From the NCBI GenBank assembly GCA_047616785.1, contig JBLHHN010000001.1, forward strand, positions 1-63,379: DNA of 63,379 nucleotides, given 5' to 3'. The notes beneath the pieces were generated by a model. It was not told where the DNA came from. It saw nothing but the letters and a program-made list of their open reading frames with translations, and did not search any database. The stretch is from Verrucomicrobiales bacterium. Lineage in GTDB: Bacteria > Verrucomicrobiota > Verrucomicrobiia > Verrucomicrobiales > DEV007. A program made the translations under genes and the position numbers. Of the stretch, positions 1 through 8,465 are shown one piece after another (the first letter of the stretch is position 1; every line of letters begins with the position of its first letter).

Positions 1-73
1 CGCTAGACTTAGATTCGGTAGTGAAACCGCAAGACCTCTTTTTTTCGAGCCTGAAACTGCCTACTGGCCCCTG

Positions 74-340
74 TCACCTTCCAGAGGTAGGCGAAACCAT
101 CCAGCCAACCTGACGGAGGGCCAGAAAACTTGCGTGTTTCCACGTCGATGGGAGGATATCGTCACGTCCCCCAAATTCCGGTAGAATGAGGATTAATTCC
201 CCCTTCAACCTAACGAGCAAGATATGATGCCAACCATACTGGAAATTCTCTTCATCCCATTTGCAAGGAAGAACCTGGGTGGCGATGTCTGTTGATATCC
301 TCGCCAAGAATTCCTTGCCGGAAGAGCGAGGGCGTTTCAT
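74..340 (-). CDS. hypothetical small protein (89 aa if started at the internal Met of ORF 74..550)
   Basis: ORF 74..550 overlaps the plus-strand gene at 522. Its C-terminal part (MKRPRSSGKEFLARISTDIATQVLPCKWDEENFQYGW...) looks protein-like. I recognised no family. Confidence 0.25.
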   Translation of the reverse strand: MKRPRSSGKEFLARISTDIATQVLPCKWDEENFQYGWHHILLVRLKGELILILPEFGGRDDILPSTWKHASFLALRQVGWMVSPTSGR

Positions 341-521
341 GACCGCCTCGGATGAATTTGGTCGTGAGTATCGGGAAGAAAGTCCGTTCAGTGCTGCCGC
401 GTCTTCCCGGCTTTGGACTGCAATTAGGCAAACAGATTCAGGCAATCCAACAGAACGCTGAGGCCGATGCCAGCTAGACTCCGCGACATTTTCCAGAACA
501 GCTAACAAGTAGTGCAAAGCG

Positions 522-956
522 ATGGTTAAGTTCCTCCTAAAAGCCGCCATCTTTGCAGCGTGTGTCTATGCGTTCCTTGTCTGGCAGAACCAGACCTACA
601 CGGGTGTGGGTGTCGACCGTGAGGATGTGAAGCGAGCGGGGCTTCCGAGAGACGCTGAGGATATTTCCTATTGGCATGACGGGACGAACTACATTGCTGA
701 ATACACGATTTCTGAGTTGGCTCTCAAGAATCGATACTCCGACTTCCGGTTTACCGAGATCGCTAAGCCAATCGAGTGTCCGCGTTATACTTACGGTGAC
801 ATCAATAGGTTCCCTTTCGAGAGTCCTCATCGGGCGGATCCAGCGAGCGTTGTGAATGGGATTGAGTATCAGATCGTCTGGGACAATGGTAGCGGCTATG
901 ACATCGTGTTTGACCGGGACAGCAAGCGAGTGTTCATTTGGATGGCGGCCCATTGA
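522..956 (+). CDS. hypothetical membrane-anchored or secreted protein
   Basis: 144-aa ORF with an N-terminal hydrophobic helix (LLKAAIFAACVYAFLVW) followed by a soluble domain of balanced composition. No family recognised. Confidence 0.55.
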   Translation: MVKFLLKAAIFAACVYAFLVWQNQTYTGVGVDREDVKRAGLPRDAEDISYWHDGTNYIAEYTISELALKNRYSDFRFTEIAKPIECPRYTYGDINRFPFESPHRADPASVVNGIEYQIVWDNGSGYDIVFDRDSKRVFIWMAAH

Positions 957-1280
957 TTGCCGATCTAATCGGAGCGCTAGAGAATCCATGATGGATGATT
1001 TCACGCGAAGACGCGAAGGTTTCAAAGAGGCCTTCCACAGATGAGTTACAGGTCCTCCTATAACACAGCCTCAATAAATCGAATCTGATTCGCTTTGAAA
1101 ATTTGCGGTCATTCGCGGTTCCCCTCTCTCTCATTTCACTTCTTCCCTCCCTTCGCGTCTTTGCGGCTTCGCGTGATACCACTATTCAACTGCTCCTGTT
1201 CGAGCGCCTTGAACTGCCAGGGAATGAAGATCCTCCAAAGTCCTGGGCAAAGCCGGAAGGATTTGAGGAAGGCCCAGATT

Positions 1281-1311
1281 TTTAGCCATTGCCGATCAGT
1301 TTCTGGCTAAA
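1281..1311. promoter_or_regulatory. perfect 8-bp inverted repeat (tttagcca-N15-tggctaaa) 43 nt upstream of the efflux operon; operator-like
   Basis: Read directly: tttagcca at 1281-1288 and tggctaaa at 1304-1311. It sits just upstream of the ATG at 1354. Confidence 0.3.
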
Positions 1312-1353
1312 GACTGGACGGCTCTGCCCGAAAGAGTCCACGTTCCTACGCAG

Positions 1354-2676
1354 ATGGGGATACTTCGTTGCCTACTACTATTTCTGAACTGCTTATGGAT
1401 GGCGGGCTGTCTTTGGACGCCGCCGTCCTCGTTGCCTTTGGGTGATGCGGCGGTTGTGGCGCTGGCTGGTGTCGAGCCGTCGGCCTGGTGGAAATCTTTC
1501 CGCGATCCTGAGCTGAGCCAGCTCGTGGACACGGCATTGGCTGGGAACCTTGAGATCAAACAAGCTGCTGCGCGTATTCGTCAGGCCGAGGCTTCTGCTA
1601 GGAAAAGTGGTGCTCTTCTCTTTCCTTCCGTGGACGGCCAAGCTCGCATGGGCAGGGATCGTTCTGGAAATGAACGAGCGCGTTCTTCCTTGCTGGGCGC
1701 GCTTTTCCGCTGGGAGATCGATTTGTGGGGTCGTTTGCGATCAGTGCGCGCCGCGGCGCTAGAAGAGACCCTGGCCTCGCGTGCCGATGCTCTCGGCGTG
1801 CGTGTCCTGCTCACGGCGGCCGTGGCGGAAGCCTATTTCACGGCGATCGAGCATGCGCAAAAACGGGCTTTATTAGAGCGACAGATCAAAACGAACCTGA
1901 CCTTGCTCGAACTGACACAACTGCGATTCGGGCAAGGCGCGGCCTCGATGGTCGATGTCCTCCAGCAGCGCGAGCAACTCACCTCGACCCAAGCGCGCCT
2001 GCCTCTCACGGAGGCGTCTCTTGAAAGTGCGCGCTACCGGTTGGCGGTTCTTTTAGGGCGGTCTTCTTCAAATGAAGAGCGCGTGGCCTGGGCGAAGAAG
2101 CCATTTCCCAAACTCTCCCAAGCGAGCGCGGTCTCGACAGAGGCTGTGTTGAAACGTCCTGACATGATCGCCAGGCAGCATCGGATCTTCGCTTTGGATC
2201 ACCAAGTGGGACGCGCCATCGCCGAGAGAATGCCCACCCTCACCTTGTCCGCATCGTCCGCGCTCACGGATTCCTCGAACTTCGATGGACTTGTTTCCAA
2301 TGCCGTGGCGGAGCTGGTGGCCCCGCTTGTGGATGGAGGCGAGCGCAAAGCCGAGGTCAGCCTCCGACGGGCTGCGCTTGAAGAAGGGTTGCACGCATAT
2401 GGGCAAGCCTACTTGGAGGCTGCCGAGGAACTGAAGGGGGCCTTGATCCATGAAGAGAAGCAGCGCGAGCACCTTCGGCTCTTGCGGTCGGAGCTTGCTA
2501 CTGCGAAACGATTGCTCAACGAAACGCGCAATCGCTACAGTCAAGGCCTGACAGACTACTTGCCCGTTCTTGCGGCTGTCGATCGTGTGCAAGAATTAGA
2601 AAGATCGCTCATCACCAACGAACATCTGCTGCTGAGCCATCGCATTCAACGTTACCGCGCCTTAGGCGGTCATTGA
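1354..2676 (+). CDS. RND efflux outer-membrane lipoprotein, NodT/TolC family
   Basis: Lipoprotein-type signal with lipobox (LWMAGC). The length (440 aa) and internally repeated coiled-coil-rich halves are typical of outer-membrane efflux proteins. It is the first gene of a tightly packed three-gene efflux operon. Confidence 0.9.
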   Translation: MGILRCLLLFLNCLWMAGCLWTPPSSLPLGDAAVVALAGVEPSAWWKSFRDPELSQLVDTALAGNLEIKQAAARIRQAEASARKSGALLFPSVDGQARMGRDRSGNERARSSLLGALFRWEIDLWGRLRSVRAAALEETLASRADALGVRVLLTAAVAEAYFTAIEHAQKRALLERQIKTNLTLLELTQLRFGQGAASMVDVLQQREQLTSTQARLPLTEASLESARYRLAVLLGRSSSNEERVAWAKKPFPKLSQASAVSTEAVLKRPDMIARQHRIFALDHQVGRAIAERMPTLTLSASSALTDSSNFDGLVSNAVAELVAPLVDGGERKAEVSLRRAALEEGLHAYGQAYLEAAEELKGALIHEEKQREHLRLLRSELATAKRLLNETRNRYSQGLTDYLPVLAAVDRVQELERSLITNEHLLLSHRIQRYRALGGH

Positions 2677-2693
2677 GGGTTAAGATTGCCACC

Positions 2694-3890
2694 ATGCCCG
2701 AGCCACTTTCTTCGAAGCCAAGTCTGTTCAGGCGGCTGCTCCCTTGCGTGCTGCTTCTGTTGGGCCTGGGCGTGGGAGTCTATCTGGTCCGCACCGCACC
2801 CAAGACGGTGGCTGAGCCGGAAACGAAGACCCTGAAGACCGTCCTGACACTTGTTTTAAGCCCAAGCACGCATCGGATCCACATTGAGGCTTTGGGAAAT
2901 GTCATTCCGGCCAAGCAAGTGACCCTGAGTTCTGAGGTCGCGGGCCGGGTCGTTCGGCTCCATGATCAATTGGTCGCTGGTGGGCACGTTCGGGCAGGAG
3001 ACGAGATCCTCGGCATCGATGACGCAGACTATCAGATCAATCTCTCAGAACAGAAAGCGGTCCTCGCAGAAGCACAGTGCGAGCTGGAACTCGAACAAGG
3101 TCGCAAAGTCGTGGCGGCTCGTGAATGGGAACAGCTCAAACGCGAGATGCCAGAAATCGAAGTGAACCAAGACCTGGTCCTGCGAGTGCCGCACCAACGC
3201 AAGATGGAAGCGACCATCGCTCGAGCGGCCAGTGCGATCGCCAAGGCGGAGCTCGATCTCCGGCGCACGTCCGTGATCGCCCCCTTCAATGCGCTGGTGT
3301 TAGAAGAATCGGTGGAGCTTGGTCAATTGCTCAACGTTGGCGATACGGTCGCCTCGGTGGCCGGTGCGGACGAGTTCTGGGTGCAGACCTCCGTTCGGCA
3401 AGACGAGCTGCCTCGCATTCAGCTTCCGACGCCGAGCATACAGGGTGCACCTGCGAAGATCACGTTGGAAACCGGCGACGACGGCGTTGTCTATCAAGGC
3501 GAAGTCATTCGCCTTCTGAGCGATCTCGAACCGAACGGGCGCAATGCCAGAGTCATTGTCCGCATCAAGGACCCACTCAGTGCGAAGGCAGACACGCCAT
3601 CGGTTCCGCTTCTATTACGCAGCTTTGTCAGGGTGGAGATCGATGCGGGTGAGCTGGCGGATGTCATCGCACTGGATCGGCCCCAACTCCACGAAGGCGA
3701 TCAAGTGTGGGTGGTTGACGCGAGTGATGCCTTGCAGATTCGCCAAGCCGAGGTGCTTTGGAAACAAGGGGAAATTGTCTACGTCGCCAACTGCCTCGAA
3801 GCCGGGGATCGAATCGTAATGAGCAGCCTGCGCTCGGTGGTGCCTGGCACCGTGGTCGAGCCCATTAGCCAAGAGCCCGCCGCTAACTGA
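2694..3890 (+). CDS. efflux RND periplasmic adaptor (membrane fusion protein, HlyD family)
   Basis: N-terminal membrane anchor (LLPCVLLLLGLGVGVYLV), coiled-coil hairpin region and beta-barrel-like C-terminus. It lies between the OMP and RND pump genes. The ATG at 2694 is preferred over the TTG at 2673. Confidence 0.9.
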   Translation: MPEPLSSKPSLFRRLLPCVLLLLGLGVGVYLVRTAPKTVAEPETKTLKTVLTLVLSPSTHRIHIEALGNVIPAKQVTLSSEVAGRVVRLHDQLVAGGHVRAGDEILGIDDADYQINLSEQKAVLAEAQCELELEQGRKVVAAREWEQLKREMPEIEVNQDLVLRVPHQRKMEATIARAASAIAKAELDLRRTSVIAPFNALVLEESVELGQLLNVGDTVASVAGADEFWVQTSVRQDELPRIQLPTPSIQGAPAKITLETGDDGVVYQGEVIRLLSDLEPNGRNARVIVRIKDPLSAKADTPSVPLLLRSFVRVEIDAGELADVIALDRPQLHEGDQVWVVDASDALQIRQAEVLWKQGEIVYVANCLEAGDRIVMSSLRSVVPGTVVEPISQEPAAN

Positions 3891-3898
3891 ATCGATTC

Positions 3899-6800
3899 AT
3901 GGCGGCCTCTTCCACGTCCCGACCGAAAGGTCTCCTTGCTTGGTTCGCGCACAACCTCGTGGCGGCCAATCTCTTGATGGCGGCCATCGTCATCACGGGA
4001 CTCATCGTCGTGCGCCACATTCGGCAAGAGGTCTATCCGGAGTTTGCCCTCGACATCGTGGAGATAGAAATGGACTACCGCGGGGCTTCTCCCGAAGAAG
4101 TGGAACGCTCTATCATTCTCCCGATCGAAAGTGAACTCCGAGGCATGGAGATCATTCACAAACTCACCGCGGTGGCTCGTGAAGGCAGAGCCGCCGTCAT
4201 GGCGGAGCTGAACCCGGGGACGGATCGCAATCGTGGACTCCAGGAAGTCACGGCTGCGGTGCAACGGATCAGCCTCTTTCCCGATGCGGCCGAACTTCCG
4301 GTCATTTCTCTGGATGCAGGACGCCGGCGCGAGGTCATTCGGCTCGCCCTATATGGAGATCTCGATGAACGGAATCTTGTGGGTTTCGCCCGTCAGTTAG
4401 AGCAAGGTTTGCTCGCGGATCCGGAGATTTCTTTGGTCGACTTCTATGGCCTACGCAAGCCCGAGATCTCGATTGAGATTCCGCAAGACCGGCTGCGCTC
4501 ACTTGGGCTGACCTTGGAAGATGTGGCTCAGGCCATCGATGCGGCCGCACTTGATGTGCCGGCGGGAACGATGCGCACGCCGGGAGGCGATTTCCTGCTG
4601 CGGACGAGAGAACGTCGTGACTTTGCCAGTCAGTTCGCGACCATCCCGATTATCAGTGGGGCGGATGGGTCCAAAGTCTATCTGTCTTCCATCGCTACAC
4701 TGGAGGACGGCTTTGAAGAATCGGACCGTGAAGCTTACTTCGATGGGAAACGTGCCATGTTCCTTTCCGTATTCTCTGGAGAGAACCAATCGCCGGTCGA
4801 CGTAGCCACAGCGGTGAAGGCATTTGTTGAGAAACAACGGCCACTGCTTCCGGACAGTGTGGGGATCGCGCTTTCACGGGATCGATCGGATGACTATCAA
4901 GAGCGCGTCAGCCTCCTCTTGCGCAATGGCACTTTAGGATTGGTCCTTGTGTTGTTAGGATTGGGTCTCTTCCTCGAATTGCGCGTCGCCTTCTGGACGG
5001 CCGTGGGCATTCCTGTTTCCATCCTGGGGTCACTGACATTGTTGCCTGTGATGGATGCCAGCATCAACATGCTTTCCCTCTTTGGCTTCATTGTCACCCT
5101 CGGCATTGTCGTCGATGACGCTGTGGTCGTGGGTGAAGAGATCTTTCATCACATCTCCACCGGCATGCCTCGCTTGGACGCGGCAGTGCTCGGGGTGAAG
5201 CGAATGACCACGCCTGTCGTCTTCGCCGTGATCACGAATATCGTGGCCTTCATGCCGCTGCTCTTTGTCTCGGGACCTTCGGGACAGTTCTTCAAAGTCA
5301 TCCCTGCGGTGGTCATTGCCGTGTTCACCATTTCGTTAGTGGAATGCTTCTTCATCTTGCCCGCGCATCTGGGGCATCAGAAAGAATCCGCCCATGGCTT
5401 CTTCGCCGTGATCGATAAGGCCCAGCGTCGTCTGCGCACACGGATCGAAGGCGCGATCGCGCGCGCCTATGGGCCGCTCCTGCGCTCGGCCGTGAATGCT
5501 CGCTATCTGACGGCGTCGATCTTTGCGACAGTCCTGCTGATCGTCGTCGCGTATCTTTGGAGTGGGCGGATCAATTTCACATTTCGCCCTACCATTGAGA
5601 CGGATTTCATCCAGGCCGAGATCGAGATGCCCACGGGGACGCCGATCAAACGCACGCGCGAAGTCGCTTTTCAAGTTGAAGCAGCCGCTCGCAAGTTGGT
5701 GACTCAGTTAGAAGAGGAAAATGTGCTGATTGGGATCTTCAATTCCATCGCCCAGCGTTCCTCAGATGAAGCGGAAGTCTCGGTCATCCTCGTTCCGCAA
5801 AGCCAACGTCAGATCTCTGGCGAGGAATTTGCCAATCGTTGGCGCGAAGCCATTGGCGAGATCCCTGATATGGAGTCCATCTTCTTTGATTATCTCATTG
5901 GGCCGGGTGGCTCTGCGGAGATCGATGTTCAGTTAGCCCATCCTGAGGTCGAAGTACTCCGCGCCGCCGCCACCGAGTTGGCGGCGGCGATCGATCGCTT
6001 CCCCGGGGTTGAAGATATCAACAAAGGCTTCGGGCGGGCCATGCCTCAGTTCGACTTCGAGATCACGCCTGAAGGTCGAAGCTTGGGCATCACGGCGCGA
6101 GAACTCGGGCGGCAGATTCGGAATGCATTCTACGGTGCCGAAGCCCTTCGTCAGCCTCGAGATCGAGACGAGCTTCGGGTGATGGTGCGGCTTCCCAAGG
6201 AAGACCGTAGATCGCTGAGCAGCCTCCAGACCTTGCTCATCCGCACTCCGGAAGGCGGCGAGATCGCTCTCAATCAAGCGGCCAAGATCATTCCTAACAA
6301 AGCTCCTGTCCGCATCGAGCGCATCGATGGTGGGCGTGTGGTGAATGTGACAGGCAATGTCATTCCTGGCATCACCAACGCGAACAAGGTGCTCAGTGAG
6401 CTTGAGAAAACCGATCTCCCCAAGATCCTCGCCAATCATCCTGGGCTCAGCCACAGCTTCGAAGGCGAGCAACGCGAGCAACGTGAAGCCATGGTCAATC
6501 TTTCTTGGGGGCTCTTGGCCTCGCTCTTCCTCATCTACGCTCTCATGGCATCGTTGTTAGGCAGTTATGGTCAAGCCATCATCGTTCTTCTCACGCTTCC
6601 CTGGAGTTTGGCTGGCGCGGTGGTCGGTCACATTGTGATGGGCTTCGATCTCAGCATCTTCAGCGTCTTCGGAATGATCGCTCTCTGCGGCATGGTCGTG
6701 AATGGCGCGTTCGTCTACACGATCGCCCGCAATGAATTGCACGCCGCTGGCAAGTCACTCGCCGAGGCAAATTTGTTAGCCGCCGAGCGTCGTTTCCGGC

Positions 6801-6985
6801 CCATCTTTCTAACATCAGTCACCACCTTTTCCGGTCTTGCTCCCATGATCTTCGAGACATCCATGCAAGCGCTTTTCCTCGTTCCCATGGCCATTTCGTT
6901 AGGGGTCGGCACGGTCGTTTCCGCCTTCGTCGTCCTTCTCTTGATTCCAGCGGTCAATGGGATCCTGCAGGATCTCCGCGGATAG
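3899..6985 (+). CDS. RND efflux permease (AcrB/CzcA superfamily)
   Basis: 1028 aa with two 6-TM bundles and two large periplasmic loops. The conserved TM4 motif is present (FGFIVTLGIVVDDAVVVGE). Confidence 0.95.
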   Translation: MAASSTSRPKGLLAWFAHNLVAANLLMAAIVITGLIVVRHIRQEVYPEFALDIVEIEMDYRGASPEEVERSIILPIESELRGMEIIHKLTAVAREGRAAVMAELNPGTDRNRGLQEVTAAVQRISLFPDAAELPVISLDAGRRREVIRLALYGDLDERNLVGFARQLEQGLLADPEISLVDFYGLRKPEISIEIPQDRLRSLGLTLEDVAQAIDAAALDVPAGTMRTPGGDFLLRTRERRDFASQFATIPIISGADGSKVYLSSIATLEDGFEESDREAYFDGKRAMFLSVFSGENQSPVDVATAVKAFVEKQRPLLPDSVGIALSRDRSDDYQERVSLLLRNGTLGLVLVLLGLGLFLELRVAFWTAVGIPVSILGSLTLLPVMDASINMLSLFGFIVTLGIVVDDAVVVGEEIFHHISTGMPRLDAAVLGVKRMTTPVVFAVITNIVAFMPLLFVSGPSGQFFKVIPAVVIAVFTISLVECFFILPAHLGHQKESAHGFFAVIDKAQRRLRTRIEGAIARAYGPLLRSAVNARYLTASIFATVLLIVVAYLWSGRINFTFRPTIETDFIQAEIEMPTGTPIKRTREVAFQVEAAARKLVTQLEEENVLIGIFNSIAQRSSDEAEVSVILVPQSQRQISGEEFANRWREAIGEIPDMESIFFDYLIGPGGSAEIDVQLAHPEVEVLRAAATELAAAIDRFPGVEDINKGFGRAMPQFDFEITPEGRSLGITARELGRQIRNAFYGAEALRQPRDRDELRVMVRLPKEDRRSLSSLQTLLIRTPEGGEIALNQAAKIIPNKAPVRIERIDGGRVVNVTGNVIPGITNANKVLSELEKTDLPKILANHPGLSHSFEGEQREQREAMVNLSWGLLASLFLIYALMASLLGSYGQAIIVLLTLPWSLAGAVVGHIVMGFDLSIFSVFGMIALCGMVVNGAFVYTIARNELHAAGKSLAEANLLAAERRFRPIFLTSVTTFSGLAPMIFETSMQALFLVPMAISLGVGTVVSAFVVLLLIPAVNGILQDLRG

Positions 6986-7180
6986 CTAACCCTTGCGGAA
7001 TTTCATCAAGATCCGCCGCACGCCCAAGACAAAGACCACCACAGCAAGCCCCAGCTTCACTGGCGGAGGAAAAGGGAATCGGAGACAGAGAAACATCACA
7101 AAGAGGACGAGAATCATCTGTCCGCACACGATCATCAATTGCTTCGCCGAGGGTTCCCGGGATTTGTAGCCCTCCTTCAT
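6986..7180 (-). CDS. hypothetical small two-TM membrane protein
   Basis: 64-aa ORF with two hydrophobic segments. It ends convergently right at the RND stop. There is no family match, so it could be spurious. Confidence 0.35.
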   Translation of the reverse strand: MKEGYKSREPSAKQLMIVCGQMILVLFVMFLCLRFPFPPPVKLGLAVVVFVLGVRRILMKFRKG

Positions 7181-7235
7181 GTAGTCCCTGTCGTAGATCC
7201 CAATAGTTTGAAAATGTAAGTGGGAATACTTTGGT

Positions 7236-8405
7236 ATGAAAGGAAGTGTAGCTGTCTTTCGACCGACTGCATACGCTTTGAAGATGATTACACCGAAATA
7301 CTCACTGATTCTACCACTGGCAGTTTGCTTTCTATCGCCTTTGCCTGCGGAGGAGACGGCTCTGCCGGAACGCGCTAGTCAGTATGCCTATGAGGCGATT
7401 GACATTCCTGGAGCCTTTGCGGAAGAACCCATTCGAAAACACTTCTCACTGCAGGCCGCCCTCACTTACGTCGAACAGGGGGCGGACGCATGGACAAAGA
7501 AAAGAGATTGTGTGAGTTGCCATACCAATGGCTCCTACCTTCTGACCAGGCCAGCGTTGTCAAAAGTGGCAGGGCCGCCGAACGGAGACATGCGCCAGTT
7601 CTTTGTCGAACAACTCGGAGAGTTGAAGAAGAAAGATCGTGAGAAACTGAAAGGAGGCATCACACCAACCCAGATCGCCTACATTGCAGCGGGTCTTGCT
7701 GAATGGGATCGGCACGTTACCAAGAAACGCTCTCTCGAAACGAACACCGCCATCCGACTGATGTTCGATGCTCAAGCGGATGACGGCTCCTTGAGCAATG
7801 AAGCTTGTTGGCGTCCGTTAGAGTCCAGTAACTATCATGGTGCCACGGTCGCCGCCACGGCAACGGCATCCGCTCCGGGCTGGTTGGAGGATACCTTAGC
7901 CACCGACCAAGACCTCTCAGCGCGCTATCAAAAGCTCACAAGCTATCTCTGCAAGACCAAACCGCCTCATGATTATGGCCGACTCCTATTGCTCTGGGCC
8001 TCGGCACAGTTACCCGATCTGATCGATGCCAAGCGCAAAGCCGCCATCACCGAGTCCGTCTGGGCTCATCAGCAAGCGGACGGCGGCTGGTCGCTGCGAA
8101 CCTTCGCCACTCCAGAAACCTGGGGCTCAGGGAATCGTGCCGAGAAACTGCGTGCCGAACCAGAACTCAAGAATCCCCCGAGCGACGGCCACATGACGGG
8201 GCTCGCCCTATTGGTGCTCCGAGAAGTCGGGATCGCGAAATCAGATCCTCGTATAGAGAAAGGCGTGCAATGGTTGAAAGCCAATCAACGCGAATCTGGG
8301 CGCTGGTGGACTCGATCCCTAAACACTGACAAATACCATTTCATCACTTATAGCGGCACGTGCTACCCTTTGCTTGCATTGGCACAATGCGACGCTCTTG
8401 ATTGA
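7236..8405 (+). CDS. secreted prenyltransferase/terpene-cyclase-like (alpha/alpha toroid repeat) protein with a CXXCH heme-c motif
   Basis: Signal-like N-terminus (an alternative start at 7284 gives MITPKYSLILPLAVCFLSPLPA). It carries one CVSCH motif and squalene-cyclase-type repeat signatures (QQADGGWS, QRESGRWW). Confidence 0.6.
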   Translation: MKGSVAVFRPTAYALKMITPKYSLILPLAVCFLSPLPAEETALPERASQYAYEAIDIPGAFAEEPIRKHFSLQAALTYVEQGADAWTKKRDCVSCHTNGSYLLTRPALSKVAGPPNGDMRQFFVEQLGELKKKDREKLKGGITPTQIAYIAAGLAEWDRHVTKKRSLETNTAIRLMFDAQADDGSLSNEACWRPLESSNYHGATVAATATASAPGWLEDTLATDQDLSARYQKLTSYLCKTKPPHDYGRLLLLWASAQLPDLIDAKRKAAITESVWAHQQADGGWSLRTFATPETWGSGNRAEKLRAEPELKNPPSDGHMTGLALLVLREVGIAKSDPRIEKGVQWLKANQRESGRWWTRSLNTDKYHFITYSGTCYPLLALAQCDALD

Positions 8406-8465
8406 AATTAGGCTTCTAGCCGGTGCGGATGCAACCCTGTCAGTCTCACGACAGAAATTCTAGCC

